From NCBI RefSeq assembly GCF_009914755.1, contig NC_060929.1: 64,000 nucleotides of DNA; one strand, given 5' to 3'. This stretch comes from the human T2T-CHM13v2.0 reference genome, Homo sapiens. The notes below the pieces were generated by a model. The model ran no database searches. It saw only the letters and a program-made list of their open reading frames with translations, and was not told the origin of the DNA. Position numbers and translations under genes: made by a program. Below, one piece after another: positions 34,635-51,580 of this stretch; positions within the stretch are counted from its first letter, which is position 1, and each line of letters starts with the position of its first letter.

Positions 34635-35009
34635 TGACCCCTTGCAGTGAAAAGTTGCAAGAAAAGTTTTGATAGAAAAAGACATTTTCCTTGACTCTAT
34701 TCATTTACTTAGGTGAGCTATTTTTGAAGTTTTGTAAATGGGGAAATTATTTAATCTGAGTCAATGCTCCCATCTATATGAGTGTAGGAATACTACATGT
34801 ATTGTAGAGGTGAATGAGAAATATGGGTAAGAGGTCTAGAATTATGCCTGGCAGGTAGCACGCTTCAATATAAAACAGTCATTTGTTATTTTTCTCCAAG
34901 CCAAGACGCTATAGCAGAGAAACAATATTACATTCATAATTATTTGCTTCAGTCAGTAAATTAATGATTTTTTTCTTTTATATGTTCTTTAGTGAGAAGC
35001 TGCAATATT

Positions 35010-35480
35010 CAACAGATCAGATGGTGATTAAACCTTCCTATGGCTTTTCATCGCATTTAGACTAAAACCCAAGCTCCAAGCTCCTTCCAAGGCCTCCTGG
35101 GATTCACGTGATCTGGCTCCTGCCTCTTCCTTCAGCTGTATTCTCAGGCCTCTCCCAATTTCACCTGCTCCAGCCATGCTGACTTGCTGTTCTGGTGACC
35201 TCAATTTCTTGCCACTAAGGTCCTTAGCATTAGCTGATGAACGGCCTTGAACTATGTCCCCCAAACGTCCCCAGGCTTCTGTTTTCAAATTAATGAATTG
35301 CCTCCATTCAGACAGACCATTCCTTATGCTTTACATTTAAAACAGATAATTTTTGGGGGCACTGCATGATTTTTGTTTTCCTTTAAAAAGTGATTATTTG
35401 TTTACTTGGCTGTGGTAGGTTCCCACTTTCTAAACTATGAACTACATTAAGCACAAAAACCTTGTATTGCTTTTTCCTAT
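35010..35480 (+). mobile_element. L2 fragment
   Basis: ttaaaccttcctatggcttttcatcgcatttagactaaaaccc..tgatctggctcctgcct. Confidence 0.7.
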
Positions 35481-36961
35481 ACACAAAGAACCTTCTACAA
35501 ACCTCCCCTTTGTCAAATGAAAAAAGTCATGATTTGTCTTCCATCCCTGGTATCCAAACTGTCTCCAGTTACTTTATCTCCAATTCCACAGGCAAGTAAA
35601 AAACGATAATAAGAGACAATACAGGTATGGCTGGCAAGATGGATGAATAGGAACAGATCCAGTGTGCAGCTCCCAGCAAGATCAACTCAGAAGGTGGGTG
35701 ATTTCTGCATTTCAAACTGAGGTACCTGACTTATCTCACTGGGACCAGTTAGACAGTGGGTACAGTCCACAGAGGGCAAGCCAAAGCAGGGTGAGATGTC
35801 ATGTAACCCGGGAAGTGCAAGGAGATGGGGAACTCCTTCCCCTAGTCAAGGGAAGCTGTGAGGGACTGTGCCATGATGAACGGTGCACTCCAGCCCAGAT
35901 ACTATGCTTTTCCTACAGTCTTCACAACCCACAGACCAGGAGATTCCCTCGGGTGCCTACACCACCAGGGCCCTGGGTTTCAAGCACAAAACTGGGAGGC
36001 CGTTTGGGCAGACACTGAGCTAGCTGCAGGAGTTTTTTTTTCATACCCAAGTGGCACCTGGAATGCCCGTGAGACAGAACCATTCACTCCCCTGAAAAGG
36101 GGGCTGAAGCCATGGAGCCAGTGGTCTAGCTCAGCAGATCCCACCCCTACAGAGCCAAACAAGCTAAGATCTACTGGCTTGAAATTCTTGCTGCTAGCAC
36201 AGCAGTCTGAAGTCCACCTGGGATGCTTGAGCTTGGTGGGGGGAGGGGTGTATGCCATTACTGAGGCTTGAGTAGGAGGTTTTCCCCTCCCAGTGTAAAC
36301 AAAGCCACAGGGAAGTTTGAACTGGGGAGAACCCACTGCAGCGATGCATAGCCACTGTAGCCAGACTTTCTCTCTAGATTCCTCCTCTCTGGGCAGGGCA
36401 TCTCTGAAAGAAAGGCAGCAGCCCCAATCAAGAGCTTATAGATAAAACTCTCTCCCTGGGACAGAGCACCTGGGGGAAGGGGCAGCTGCAGGTGCAGCTT
36501 CAGAAGACTTAAATATTCCTGCCTGCCAGCTCTGAAGAGAGCGGTGGATCTCCCAGCACAGTGCTCCAGCTCTGCTCAGGACAGACTGCTTCCTCAAGTG
36601 GGTCCCTGATCCCCGTGCCTCCTAACTGGGAGACACCTCCCAGCAGGGGTCGACAGACACCTCATGCAGGAGAGCTCTGGCTGGCATCTGGCGGGTGCCC
36701 CTCTTGGATGAAGTTTCCAGAGGAAGAACACACAGCAATCTTTGCTGTTCTGCAGCCTCCACTGGTGATACCCAGGGAAACAGGGTCTGGAGTGGACCTC
36801 CAGCAAGCTCCAGCAGACCTGCAGCAGAGGGGGCTGACTCTTAGAAGGAAACCTAACAAACAGAAAGGAATAGTATCAACATCAATAAAAAGGACGTCCA
36901 CACAAAAACCCCATTTGAAGGTCACCAACATCAAAGACAAAAGGTAGATAAATCCACGAAG

Positions 36962-37994
36962 ATGAAGAAAAACCAGCACAAAAAGGCTGAAAATTGCATA
37001 AACCAGAACGCGCCTCTTCTCCTCCAAAGGATCACAACTCCTCACCATCAAGGGAACAAAAGTAGTTGGAGAATGAGTTTGATGAATGAGCCTGTTGGAA
37101 GCAGGCTTCAGAAGGTGGGTAATAACAAACTCCTCCGAGCTAAAGCAGCATGTTCTAGCCCAATGCAAGGAAGCTAAGAACCTTGAAAAAATGTTACATG
37201 AATTGCTAACTAGAATAACCAGTTTAGAGAAGAATACAAATGACCTGATGGAGCTGAAAAACACAGCACGAGAACTTTGTGAAGCATATACAAGTATCAA
37301 TAGCCAAATCGATCAAGCAGAAGAAAGGATATCAGAGACTGAATATCAACTTAATGAAATAAAGTGTGAGGACAAGATTAGAGAAAAAAGAATGAGAAGG
37401 AACAAACAAAGCCTCCAAGAAATATGGGAGTACGTGAAAAGACCAAACCTATGTTTGATTGGTGCACCTGAAAGTGATGGGGAGAATGGAACCACGTTGG
37501 AAAACACTCTTCAGGATATTACCAGAAGAACTTCCCTGACCTAGCAAGACAGGCCAACATTCAAATTCAGGAAATACTGAGAACACCACAAAGATATTCC
37601 TCGAGAAGAGCAACCCCAAGATGCATAATCACCAGATTCACCAAGGTTGAAATGAAGGAAAAAAATGTTAAGGGCAGCCAGAGAGAAAGGCCAGGTTACC
37701 CACAAAGGGAAGCCCATCAGACTAACAGTGGATCTCTCTGCAGAAAAACTACAAGCCAGAAGAAAGCGGGAGCCAATATTCAACATTCTTAAGGAAAAGA
37801 ATTGTCATCCCAGAATTTCATATCCAGTCAAACTAAGCTTCATAAGTGAAGGAGAAATAAAATCCTTTACAGACAAGCAAATGCTAAGAGATTTTGTCAC
37901 TACCAGGACTGCCTTACAAGAGCTCCTGAAGGAGGCACTAAACATGGAAAGTAACAACCGGTACCAGCCACTACAAAAATATACCAAATTTTAA
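36962..37994 (+). pseudogene. ORF1: L1PA7 ORF1 remnant, frameshifted
   Basis: Track pieces 36962-37177, 37086-37544 and 37665-37994. Confidence 0.88.
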
Positions 37995-38057
37995 AGACCA
38001 TCGAAATTATGAAGAAACTGCGTCAACTCATGGATAAAATAAGCAGCTAGCATCATA

Positions 38058-41826
<3,769 letters not shown>

Positions 41827-42179
41827 GACACATGGACACAGGGAGGGGAACATCACACACTGGGGCCTGTCAGGGGGTGGGGGTGGTAGGGGAGGGATAG
41901 CATTAGGGGAAATACCTAATATAGGTAACGGGTCGATGGGTATATCAAACCACCATAGCACATGTATACCTGTTTAACAAACCTGCACATTCTGCACATA
42001 TATCCCAGAACTTAAGGTATAATAAAAAGAGACAATATAAAAGCATTTCCATTTACACATATGGAGATGCTGCTGCCTTTTAAAGCCACTTTGATATTGA
42101 AAGTGGGGGGGAGGGGTCACAGTTTTTAGTGGGTTATGAAGAAAAATACTGTGAGCACCCCTTCTCAGGAAAATGAAAT

Positions 42180-42612
42180 GATAGGGACATAATACCAAAT
42201 TTTCTAATATTTATTAAAAATAAGAAAGTGGGGAAAGGAAGAAAAATGTCGTCATGTAGAAGGCTTTTGGGAGACAGGGTGGTGATATGAGGAACTAAAA
42301 AGGGGTATGAGGAAACTTTGGGGGTGACGGATGTGTTTTTGGTCTTCATTGTGGTAATGGTTTCACAGGGTATGTCTAAGTTACAAATTGTATGTTTTTA
42401 ATATTATATGCAATTATAATTGCAATTATAGTATAATACGTGCAATTATATGCATCTCTCCCCCCAAAAAAGATTTATACTTTTCAGAGAGAGTTCTTGT
42501 ACTTTTTTCAGTGACATGAGTAATACATGTTCATCACAAATATTTTTTAAAATACAAATAAGCAAAACCAGTTTATTATATGCAATTATACCTTGAGTAA
42601 GCTGTTAAAAAC
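42180..42612 (+). mobile_element. L1ME 3' end interrupted by a templated insertion
   Basis: ggtatgaggaaactttgggggtgacgga..ttgtggtaatggtttcacaggg..tgcaattataccttgagtaagctgtt. Confidence 0.7.
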
Positions 42613-43189
42613 TAAACAAAATTAGATGACAATGAACAGCAACAGATTTTCTCTGGCTGGGAGGCTCAGGATCTAAGCTCCTGTCAGTGGATATAATGTA
42701 TCTCACTGATTCTGGGAATTCTGGAATGGGACACTCTTGAGGTCCTTTTCCCAGAGTGTGGGACAGCTGCCGTCCAGCCCTCCTCAGCTCCACCCTCAAG
42801 AGGGCTCCCTTCCCTGGAGGAGCAGAGGCAAGGAATCCCCCATCAGCCACTCCAAGGGAAGCCTTCCAGCCCAGACAAGAATGCTCTGGGCAGACGTTGT
42901 GTCGTTGTGGTTGTTGTGTTATTTTTCCCCGCATAAGAGTGTGGAGCTCAGACACAGATCAGTAGCTCCTGTAGAAAATCCACCACTTCCTGTGCAGCCA
43001 TCCCAGTCACCTCTCCTGATCCTGCGCCTTCCATCTCCCAGCCTTCCCCCAACTACTGAGTAGTTCTCCAGGTTATGGACAAGACATCCCTACCCCTTTG
43101 ATCTTTTCTTTTTCTTTTCCCATTTTTCTTCATGCACATTTTCTTTCTCTTTTGTTCTTGTTCTAGTCCCCTTTTAAATATGAAATTAA

Positions 43190-43390
43190 TATTTATTAAA
43201 TGCTGTGGGGCCAAGCGCTTTAATTTAATCCTTAAAACCACCACAGGAAACGGTTTCTGTCATGATTCCCATTTTATAGATGAGCAAAACGATGCAGTGA
43301 CAAGTTCATGGCTTGCTGATGCCCTGCCTCTTGTAAATGCAGAGATAGGATTGAACCTCCATCCCCTCCAGAGTCTCAGCTCTTAACTTC
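43190..43390 (-). mobile_element. MIR
   Basis: cccattttatagatgagcaaa..ggattgaacc..cagagtc. Confidence 0.7.
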
Positions 43391-43489
43391 TAAATATACC
43401 TCCTTTCATGATTTTCCCAAATTGTCCTCATTCTTTTCCCTTTACACAGGTGTTAATGTATGTGCTACTGCCATTAGGTGAAGTATTGT

Positions 43490-43745
43490 TTATGAAATGT
43501 ATTTAATGTAGAAGTGCATTAAATGGCATAGAAAATGATTATTGCATACTGTTACACATAAAGAACACATTCAATAATTATGTACATTAAGATTAGGCCA
43601 TATGTATACAACAAGTTAGAAGCATATACACCAAAATATATCTGCATTATGGGATGGTAGATAAGATTTACATTTTTTTTTTGCTTATTTGTGGTTTAAA
43701 AATATTTGTGATGAACACATATTACTCATGTCATTGAAAAAAGAA
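43490..43745 (+). mobile_element. L1ME4-like 3' end
   Basis: agaagcatatacaccaaaat..ttttgcttatttgtgg..atgaacacatattactcatgt. Confidence 0.55.
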
Positions 43746-43839
43746 CAAGAACACTCTCTGAAAAGTATAAATCCTTTTGGGGGGTAGAGAAGTTTTTTTT
43801 TTTTTTTTTTTTTTTAAGTCTTATAATCTCGGTTCTTTC

Positions 43840-43857
43840 TGACTAGCAGGTGGCGCC
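43840..43857 (+). promoter_or_regulatory. Candidate CTCF site
   Basis: tgactagcaggtggcgcc matches the CCASYAGRKGGCRS core at all but one position. Confidence 0.45.
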
Positions 43858-44239
43858 TCATCTCTTCCAGGAACAACACAATGTGATTGCTCTGAAGTTG
43901 TAGGAAAATATCAAAGGTGCAAATCAAAACACATCTGAAGCAAAACTCCGTTCTCAGCTCAGAATGGGGGATTTCTTCCCTAAGAGTCACCACAAGCCAA
44001 ATTGAGAAGGACCTCTGTCTGGGGAATGCTTTGCAAATATTGCCAACTTCACACCAAAGCCACATTCTACCTAAGATTTCTGCATCTCCTCCACCTCCAC
44101 TACCTCTTTTCTTCTTCTTCTGGGTTTGGAACTTCCATTTATACCTACCTTTAAAATCTGTCATTGTTTGCTCTTGATACAGTGTTAAGAGAAACTTTAA
44201 AGTTTCTTACACTTCCCCACTTGATTTTGAATCAGTTCA

Positions 44240-44900
44240 AGTAAAGAGTTATGTCTGCTTTGTTTCTCAGTGTATCTCCAGTAGCTAAGGATTCATTCAT
44301 TAAATTAAAAGTAGTTAGAATGCCTGTTTTGTTCTGAACACTGGGCTGAGTGCTGGGGATTTAGTAAGAAAAAGGTAGATGATGTTGAGGCCTCCCTAGC
44401 TTATGGGGAAAGGGCAACCAATAAACATGCCGTCAAAGCAAACATTGATAGATTCTGAAAAGTACCATGAAGGGAATACACAAAGCGATGCAATGAAGAG
44501 TAATTGAGGGGCTGATTTTAGATGTGGTGGTCAGGAAAGGCCTTACAGATAACATTTGAGTTGAGAATTGAAACTAAGATGGTTGAATAGGGAGTACATG
44601 GTAGGTATTCATTGAATATTTGGTTCATAAATGAATAGGTCAACTATTTTTCCATCATACCCAACAGTACTTTTTATACAGTAGGACACCAATAAGTTGT
44701 TGAACTTTGTTCAGAGAATAGGTTATTGAACTCCTGTTATCTGCTAAGCACCATGTCTTATAGATGACACCTTACTTAACCTCCCTAGTGACCACATGAG
44801 GTAGTTATTTATTTTCCTACATTCTGCTGTTGAGTAAAATAAAGTTAATTTGCCCAAGGTCACCCAGCTGATGCATCAGAGACCACGATCCAAGCTCTCA
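44240..44900. mobile_element. L2 and MIR fragments
   Basis: ctgggctgagtgctggggat..gtggtcaggaaaggcctt (L2, minus); aatttgcccaaggtcaccca (MIR, minus). Confidence 0.65.
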
Positions 44901-47089
44901 TCTGTTGGGTACCTTCCAAAATATACCTACTTCTACTAATTCCTGATGGAGGAAAGGTATGAGGTCATATACAAAAAGAGTTTAATCAGAAAACTAACTA
45001 AAAATAAGCACATTACTATTTACATGGTAAAAATTCAAAACCAAATGGTAGTTTTATAGAAGTCACTTGCTCTTTTAAGTGTGACGTAAAATTCTAGAAA
45101 AATGAGACCTTGTAAAAAGAAAATTTAGTCTCATTGCATTGGTAATACCTCAAATAGATGCTAAGACTTCTACAAAGTATTCCAGTGGGCACGAGGGTTG
45201 AAGGACTGAGTGAGGCTTGGAACCCTATTTTCTAGGTGTTGCAATTAATTTGCTATATGACCTTAAAGAAACAAACTCACTACTTTCAAGTTCAGGGTCC
45301 CTAATTATGCCCTTGCTGTCAAACACTCAGCAACATGAGAGATTTTGGCAAATGTATAGGTGAGACCTACACGGATTAAACTTTCCTGAAAATGGAGAAA
45401 TACCAGGCATTTGATGAAACAAAGAATGGCATAGTTGAAAACATTCTTGAAGTCGGTTCTGAGAGAAGGGAATGGAGCTCATGACAGAGGAAAAAGGAAT
45501 AATGTCAGGCTGAGAACTGAGCATGATAGAGAAAAGTTTGGGCATCTTTTCTTCCAAATATCCATAGACTCACTGATAGCAGTGCTTAGTATTTTCTATT
45601 TTTCTGTTATGGGACCTATCAGAGGGTTCAACACATATTAGGTGCTTAACAAGTGACTGATTAATAATTTCAAATGTTCTGAGAGATTGGAAGGGACACA
45701 TTGATTAGTAAGTGATAGAGAAAACAAAAATCACAAAGTCAGATGACTAAAGGGGTCCTCTGTGTAAGCCTTGGAAGTTTGTAATCAACAATTAGGATGG
45801 GCACAGAGGATGAGCCTACCTGTGTTTGAACGGGTGCACGTGAGAACCTGCTAGGAGGATCTGTGGATGCCAGCACTGGATTTAGAAGAGAAATGTCAGC
45901 AACTACTTTGCCTTAAAAACTAATGATAATATTAACTGTTAACAACAACAGTGAATGGCTATTTATTACTAGCCATGTGACAGACTAAAAAGGAAGGAGT
46001 CTTAGAGATGATCCACTCAAACCATGATAGCTTATAGACAGAGAAGCTGATGCCCAGAAACGTGCTTAGGGCTATGTATAGCTTGCTTAGATCAGACCCA
46101 AGACTGGAACCTGGTCTGCTGACTAGAAGTTTCTAAGTTGCCAAGATGGGCTTTAAAGAAGCCTCTCCCAGTTCTCGATGTGGTGAGACTGAGCAGGTTG
46201 CAGATACCAGAGCTTGAAGCCTCCCCCATGCAGTCCCCAGCTCAGCATCCCTAGAGCACAGAAAGAGGCACTTCCAGCAGGCCTTGGTGTACACGCTCTC
46301 ACAGGTCCAAACACATTTTGTCTGCACTGGGAGTAGCTTTACAGAGTCATCAAAGGATCAGAGCCACAGAGCATTTACTCTGTAAATGGAAAACTTGCAA
46401 TAACACGAATCTGCTTTATCCTGTTGCACAAAATGCCAACTACCTAACAATTTGATGGTCCATTGCAAATTAAATATTACAGAAGCCATGCCTACAGTTT
46501 TACTATCATTTTTCCATTCCATTTAGATTATGGTAGAGCCACCCTCTCATCATTTAAGGTATCTCTGTCACATGCTTGACAAAAATGCAGCACAGCTACT
46601 TCCTTATCTCACACAGAAGATTAGAACAGGAGCACAGTGTTGCTTGCCTGCCCTTCTCGTATTTTCCTTCAATAAAGAGGAGGTTAGGTGTGCAGAGCAG
46701 CTGTAAACTGAAGCTCTATTTGCACCCGAGGTCAGCAAGGAATAGACTCAGCTTTAGGTGTCTGTTACTCTGGCTAGCAGCCTAGGTTGGTGTCTGCCTG
46801 GTGAATAAAGAGGCAGAACATATGGGAAGTCAGGATATCTATGGGTCATCCTCACCTGACAGTTTCTTCGCCATAGGCTTGAGTACTGATGGCGTCAGCA
46901 GTAAAAGCTTCAACAAGCCCACCTGAGGGGGCTTCCTGATGAGGTTACCACCTGTACTACCCTGCTCCCCTGGAAAAGCTCCCAGCAGGCAAGGAAGAGG
47001 CTAGTGTTTTTTGTTTTTTTTTTACTATCACGAAGTTGGATATGGTTTCCTGCTTTTTAAAGGGGGCTTACATTCAGAAAACTGCAGAA

Positions 47090-48680
47090 CATTGTTAGTC
47101 TAGTGGTTGATAGTATAAAGTCTCAGAGTCAGACTGCCAGGGTTTCCACTTCCTAGCTAGGTAACCTACTTAATCTCTTTGAGCCTCATATCCTTATCTA
47201 TGTATTGAGATGGAGATATCGATAGTCTTTGCATTATAGGGCAACTGTGAGGAATAGATTTTGGGTCTTGACAATCTGCACATGGATGTAAGATAGGTGC
47301 ACAGTCCTGACAAGGTACATGGTATCACATTACTAATCTAAAGATCTCTCTATAGCTATATATTTGCCTGTATGTCTGGGTGTGCGTGTGTATGTTTCAT
47401 ATTACCTACAATGTATATTTCAGCTAATGTGATACCTTGTCAAGACTGTCTGCCCAACTTGCAATACATATTTTAGGCAAAATATATATTTTGCCAACAT
47501 CAGCAAGAGTGAAGGAAAGGGATGAGCAGATTCTTGAATTATGTACAATAATGTATCTATAATGTTCTGAAGAGCAGTTGGCACGAAGCTGTACAAATGA
47601 CAGCTATTATAATCATAGGAACGTGGGGGCTGGTGGCACTTCTGTTGCCAACATTAACCATGTGTTTATTTTCATGGAGACCTTATGCTTCCCATAGATG
47701 CCAGCATAAGACAGCGTGGCTTCACATGGTGCCTGACTGTGAAGTGTGAGAAGCATAGAATGACAGCTGGAAGGGGACAAGGGGATTTGGAGAATATTGA
47801 AACAAACTCTAGCTATTTTGCAAATGGGGAGACTGAGGCCCAAAGAGAGGAGGAGATTCTTTAAGGCTATTCAATGAGTGAGAAAATGTGTAAAGTTTAA
47901 ACAAACTGGAAGAAAGATTATAGCTAGCAGTTATTGAACAGTAACTCCGGACTGGGTATTATACCAAGCCCTTACAACAACTCTGCTATTTACATACTAC
48001 TGTATTGTTAGTCCCATTTTACAGATAAGTAAGCTGAGGCTCAGGGAGTTTAAGAAACCAGCCTAATGTCAGACAGCTAGTTTGGTACCAGAGTTTGTGT
48101 TCTTGACTACTACATTATATTGTGTATGCAACTTTTCCTAGTAGAATTGTAGGTAAGGAGGATTTAATTTATATTCAGCCTTGTGGCATAGCCCAGCTTG
48201 GCATTTAAGATCCAGATGGGCCTATGTTTAATCCAGCCTCTGCCATTTAATAGTTCTGCTTTTGGCCTGGGGCAAGTTATTCATCTCCTCAAGTCCTGGG
48301 TTCCTCAGGTATAAGATAAGACAATCTGTGTCCATAGAGCTGCTGAGAAAATTAAACAGCAAGCATAGCCTAGTGCTTGAGACAGCTAGTTGTGACTCAT
48401 AGCTCTACCACTGAAACTGTATGTGACATATTTTATAACTTATGTGGGTCCTCAATTTCCTCATCTGCAACACGTTAAATAATAAGACCTTTGCATGGTG
48501 GGCTTGTTGTAATAAGTAAAAAAGATCATTTATATAAAGCACTCAACAAAGGACCTGGGACTCAATGAGTGCCTCCTAAATGTTAGCTAGGATTGCTATT
48601 ATAATGTGTTAAAAAAAAATAACCCAACTGTAGCATGTAACACATTGCAGATAGTCAATAAATGCTGGCTATTAAATGCA
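47090..48680. mobile_element. Cluster of MIR elements in both orientations
   Basis: Repeated MIR cores: cttaatctctttgagcctc, cccattttacagataagtaagctgaggctcag, ctcaatttcctcatctgcaa. Confidence 0.75.
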
Positions 48681-49454
48681 TGATAAACTGAGTTCTTTTG
48701 TAAAATATTAAAAAGCATAAGTATTTATGCTTAGCCTCTTTCAAACCTACCTGCTTTCACTGGCCTGAAAAAAAAAATGTGTCTGGAGTAAGAGGAAGAA
48801 TGTGGAGAGAGCTAAGGAAGAAATGGGACAATTTTATTTACCCAAAGACTTACAAATTTCCAGAGACCTGCCAATGCCCTTTTTCCATTTTCTCTGCACT
48901 CCCTCCATTTTGCTGCTATTATACACAGAAATATGCCCCAAGAAGTTACCTGACTTTTAGATTTTAGATTTTGAACATCAAAAGCTGGGAAAGATAGGTC
49001 CTGAGGGAAAATAGAAAATAGCTTCAATTTTCCAAGAACTTACAATGGATCAAGTACTATGCAAGGCATGTTAACGTTGTAAAATATTCTTCTATCTTTC
49101 TTGTTAATGTGTGACCATGGAAGTAGATTGTGTTTGGACCTTTGAGACATTTCACTATAGCGGGAGCTTCAAGTACAGGGATCTATTCAGAAGCAGCCTC
49201 TGGGAAAAAAAAAACAATCGACCAGTTCACTCTCCATACCCTATGCTACTCAAGTTCTCCTGGGCCAAAAAGGGGTTCCACAGACCCTAAGGAGCAATTT
49301 TCACATTTTTCTATAATCCTTCTAAACACTTTGGAAGGAGGAGTCAGTGAAAGGTGTCTTTAGGTCAATTGGTTTTGTTTCCTCTCACCTCTTTCCTGTC
49401 ACAAGACATTGGTTTATTAACATTAATGTTAAACTCTAGACATTTGGCAGACAC

Positions 49455-49850
49455 TGTAGATTAGCAGATCTATACACCCATCTCTACTTCTTCTCCTTTA
49501 CTTAAATATACCAGAGTATTTAGAAACCTAAAAGAATTTCCCAGGATCTCTTGCTGCCAGGAGTAGCCACGGGGTACAATTTTGCCCAATGAAACATAAC
49601 AGAGATCTGTCGGTACCCAGTACCGCCTCTCCTTCTTCCTCCTGCTCGACATGGAGTTGTCATCTTGTGACGATAAGGTACAGGAATAAGAAGCCAATGT
49701 GCTAAGGGTGGCAGAGAGGAAAGACAGAAAGCATGGGTCCCTGAAGGCATCGTTGAGTCAATGTATCAACTGGCTGCTTCCCTCTGCCCTTTTAAGCCAC
49801 TGTAATTGGGTCTTGTTTGACCTGTATGTGACTTATTCCTAACTAATACA
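49455..49850 (+). mobile_element. MLT1J/K-type MaLR LTR
   Basis: gctaagggtggcagagaggaaagacagaaagcatgggtccctga..tttaagccactg..cctaactaataca. Confidence 0.75.
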
Positions 49851-49851
49851 G

Positions 49852-50167
49852 TGAATGGGTATTTGTTATTTGTGGCCACTCAGGCTCCACTCCCTCCTAG
49901 ATTTCTTTTAAAAGAACAACCTCTTTCCTGTGTGGAGCCCTGGGGAAGGAAGACTGTCAAAATACCCAGCCTTCAGTTTGCCAAGGGGTTGGCATTAATC
50001 AAATCGTTTTCTGTAATTCCTGCCATGGAGCCTTAGTTTCCTTTTATAATCTGGTTCTTCGGCCTTCATGCAGGTTCAATAAAAGCTACCTGAAATCTTT
50101 CTAATAAATTTCATATTTTCTAGATAGAGCCTGTTTCTGTTGCCTGTAGCCAAGGAACCCTAGTTGA
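49852..50167 (+). mobile_element. MLT1L-type MaLR LTR fragment
   Basis: aataaatt..tttctgttgcctgtagccaaggaaccctagttga end. Confidence 0.55.
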
Positions 50168-50266
50168 TTTTTTTTCTTTAATTTACACAACATTGTTATT
50201 GAATAGTTTCTGTCTGCCAGGCAATGTACTAAACGCTAAACTCTTTACCTGCATTATCCTATGCAA

Positions 50267-50544
50267 TTTTTTTTTGAGATAGGTTCTGTTGCCCAGGCTG
50301 GAGTGCAGTGGTATGATCAAATGCAGCTTCTGTTTCTGGGCTTAAGCAATCCTCCCACCTCAGGCTCTTGAGTGGGACTACAGGTGTGTGTGACTGCGCC
50401 CAGCTAATCTTTAAATTTTTTTGTAGACACAGGATCTCACTATGTTGCCCAGGCTGATCTCAAACTTCTGGGCTCAAGCAATCCTCTTGCTCTGGCCTCC
50501 CAAAACATTGGGATTACAGGCATGAGCCACCACTGCACTGGGCC
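50267..50544 (-). mobile_element. AluJ inserted in a MIR
   Basis: gggcttaagcaatcctcccacc, ctcactatgttgcccagg; degenerate TSD cctatgcaatt/cccatgtaatt. Confidence 0.88.
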
Positions 50545-50654
50545 CCATGTAATTCTCACAAACTCCAAACAGCAGAAACTTAAGTCCATTGCAAAGTTGA
50601 GGAAACTGAGACTTAAAGAGGTTGAGTGACCTCTCCAATGTCAGCAGCAAAAAG

Positions 50655-50991
50655 TGTCTATGGCAGAGATAGTACTTGCCAAATACCCATGTGCTACTTG
50701 GTACTTTTCAGCCTCCCTTGCATTTAGGTTGGTCCTTGTGACATAAGAGTGATGGTGACATGTCCCACTCCCAGGCTGAGCAGCTAAAAGCTGGTGCGCC
50801 TCCTCCATCTCTCATACTCTGCGCCTCAGTGATCTTGAAGAGCTTGGAGGATGACTTGGCTACAGGTTGGATGATGGTCTCCCAACTTAAACAGGACTAT
50901 GACACAGGGAGGAGTAAACCACTACCCAATAAAGCCACTGGGAGTTCAGTTTGTCTGTTGTGTGTTAGAGTTAAGTATCCTGACCAATGCA
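50655..50991 (+). mobile_element. MLT1 (H/I-like) MaLR LTR
   Basis: cagcctcccttgcatttagg..aagccactgggagtt..tatcctgaccaatgca. Confidence 0.65.
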
Positions 50992-51460
50992 TTAGCAGGG
51001 CTAGAATTTGAAATAATTTCTAGCTCATTACACTATGTCACTATGTGCTATCTTTTTACAAACACAGAACTAAAAGAGGAAATGACATCTACAAAACAAA
51101 AAAGAAATGACCCTTTTTGAGCCCCCAAGTCCTCGCCTGGTTCTCTCTCAATTTTCCCTTTGTTTTCCTGCTTTGGATTCAGGCCTATGGAGATCTCCCT
51201 AGTGCCATAATGAAATAAGCACACAAGATAATAATTGATATTAGAAAAACCTCCTCTGCCACTTATTGAATGTCCGCTGGCCCATAGTCATTGAACTAGT
51301 AAGTGAAAGACTATGGATTCAAACTATGAAAGACCTGATTTCAAAGCTCATACCCAGAATCCAAATGTTTATGTCTCCTGAGTGAGCTGCTCATCTGCTA
51401 TCGAAGGATTAGGATCAACTGACATTTCTTACTTTTTTGCTTCCTCCTTCTCTTCTACAG

Positions 51461-51580
51461 ATATCTCATCTCCAAGAGGACCCTGGGGTCAGCCAGGTTT
51501 GAGGATCACTTACTCTGCCCTCAGCAGGAACACAATGGTGATCTGAAAGGCATGGAGGCTGAAAGCAGAGAACATCCCTG
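51461..51580 (+). other. Candidate exon (120 nt) of a putative decayed gene or lncRNA
   Basis: Long pyrimidine tract plus ctacag acceptor; CTG|gttagg donor; non-repetitive sequence. Confidence 0.35.

Noticed and set aside
36662-37300. 212-aa minus-strand ORF
   Set aside because: Antisense to the L1PA7 5'UTR/ORF1; no independent coding evidence.
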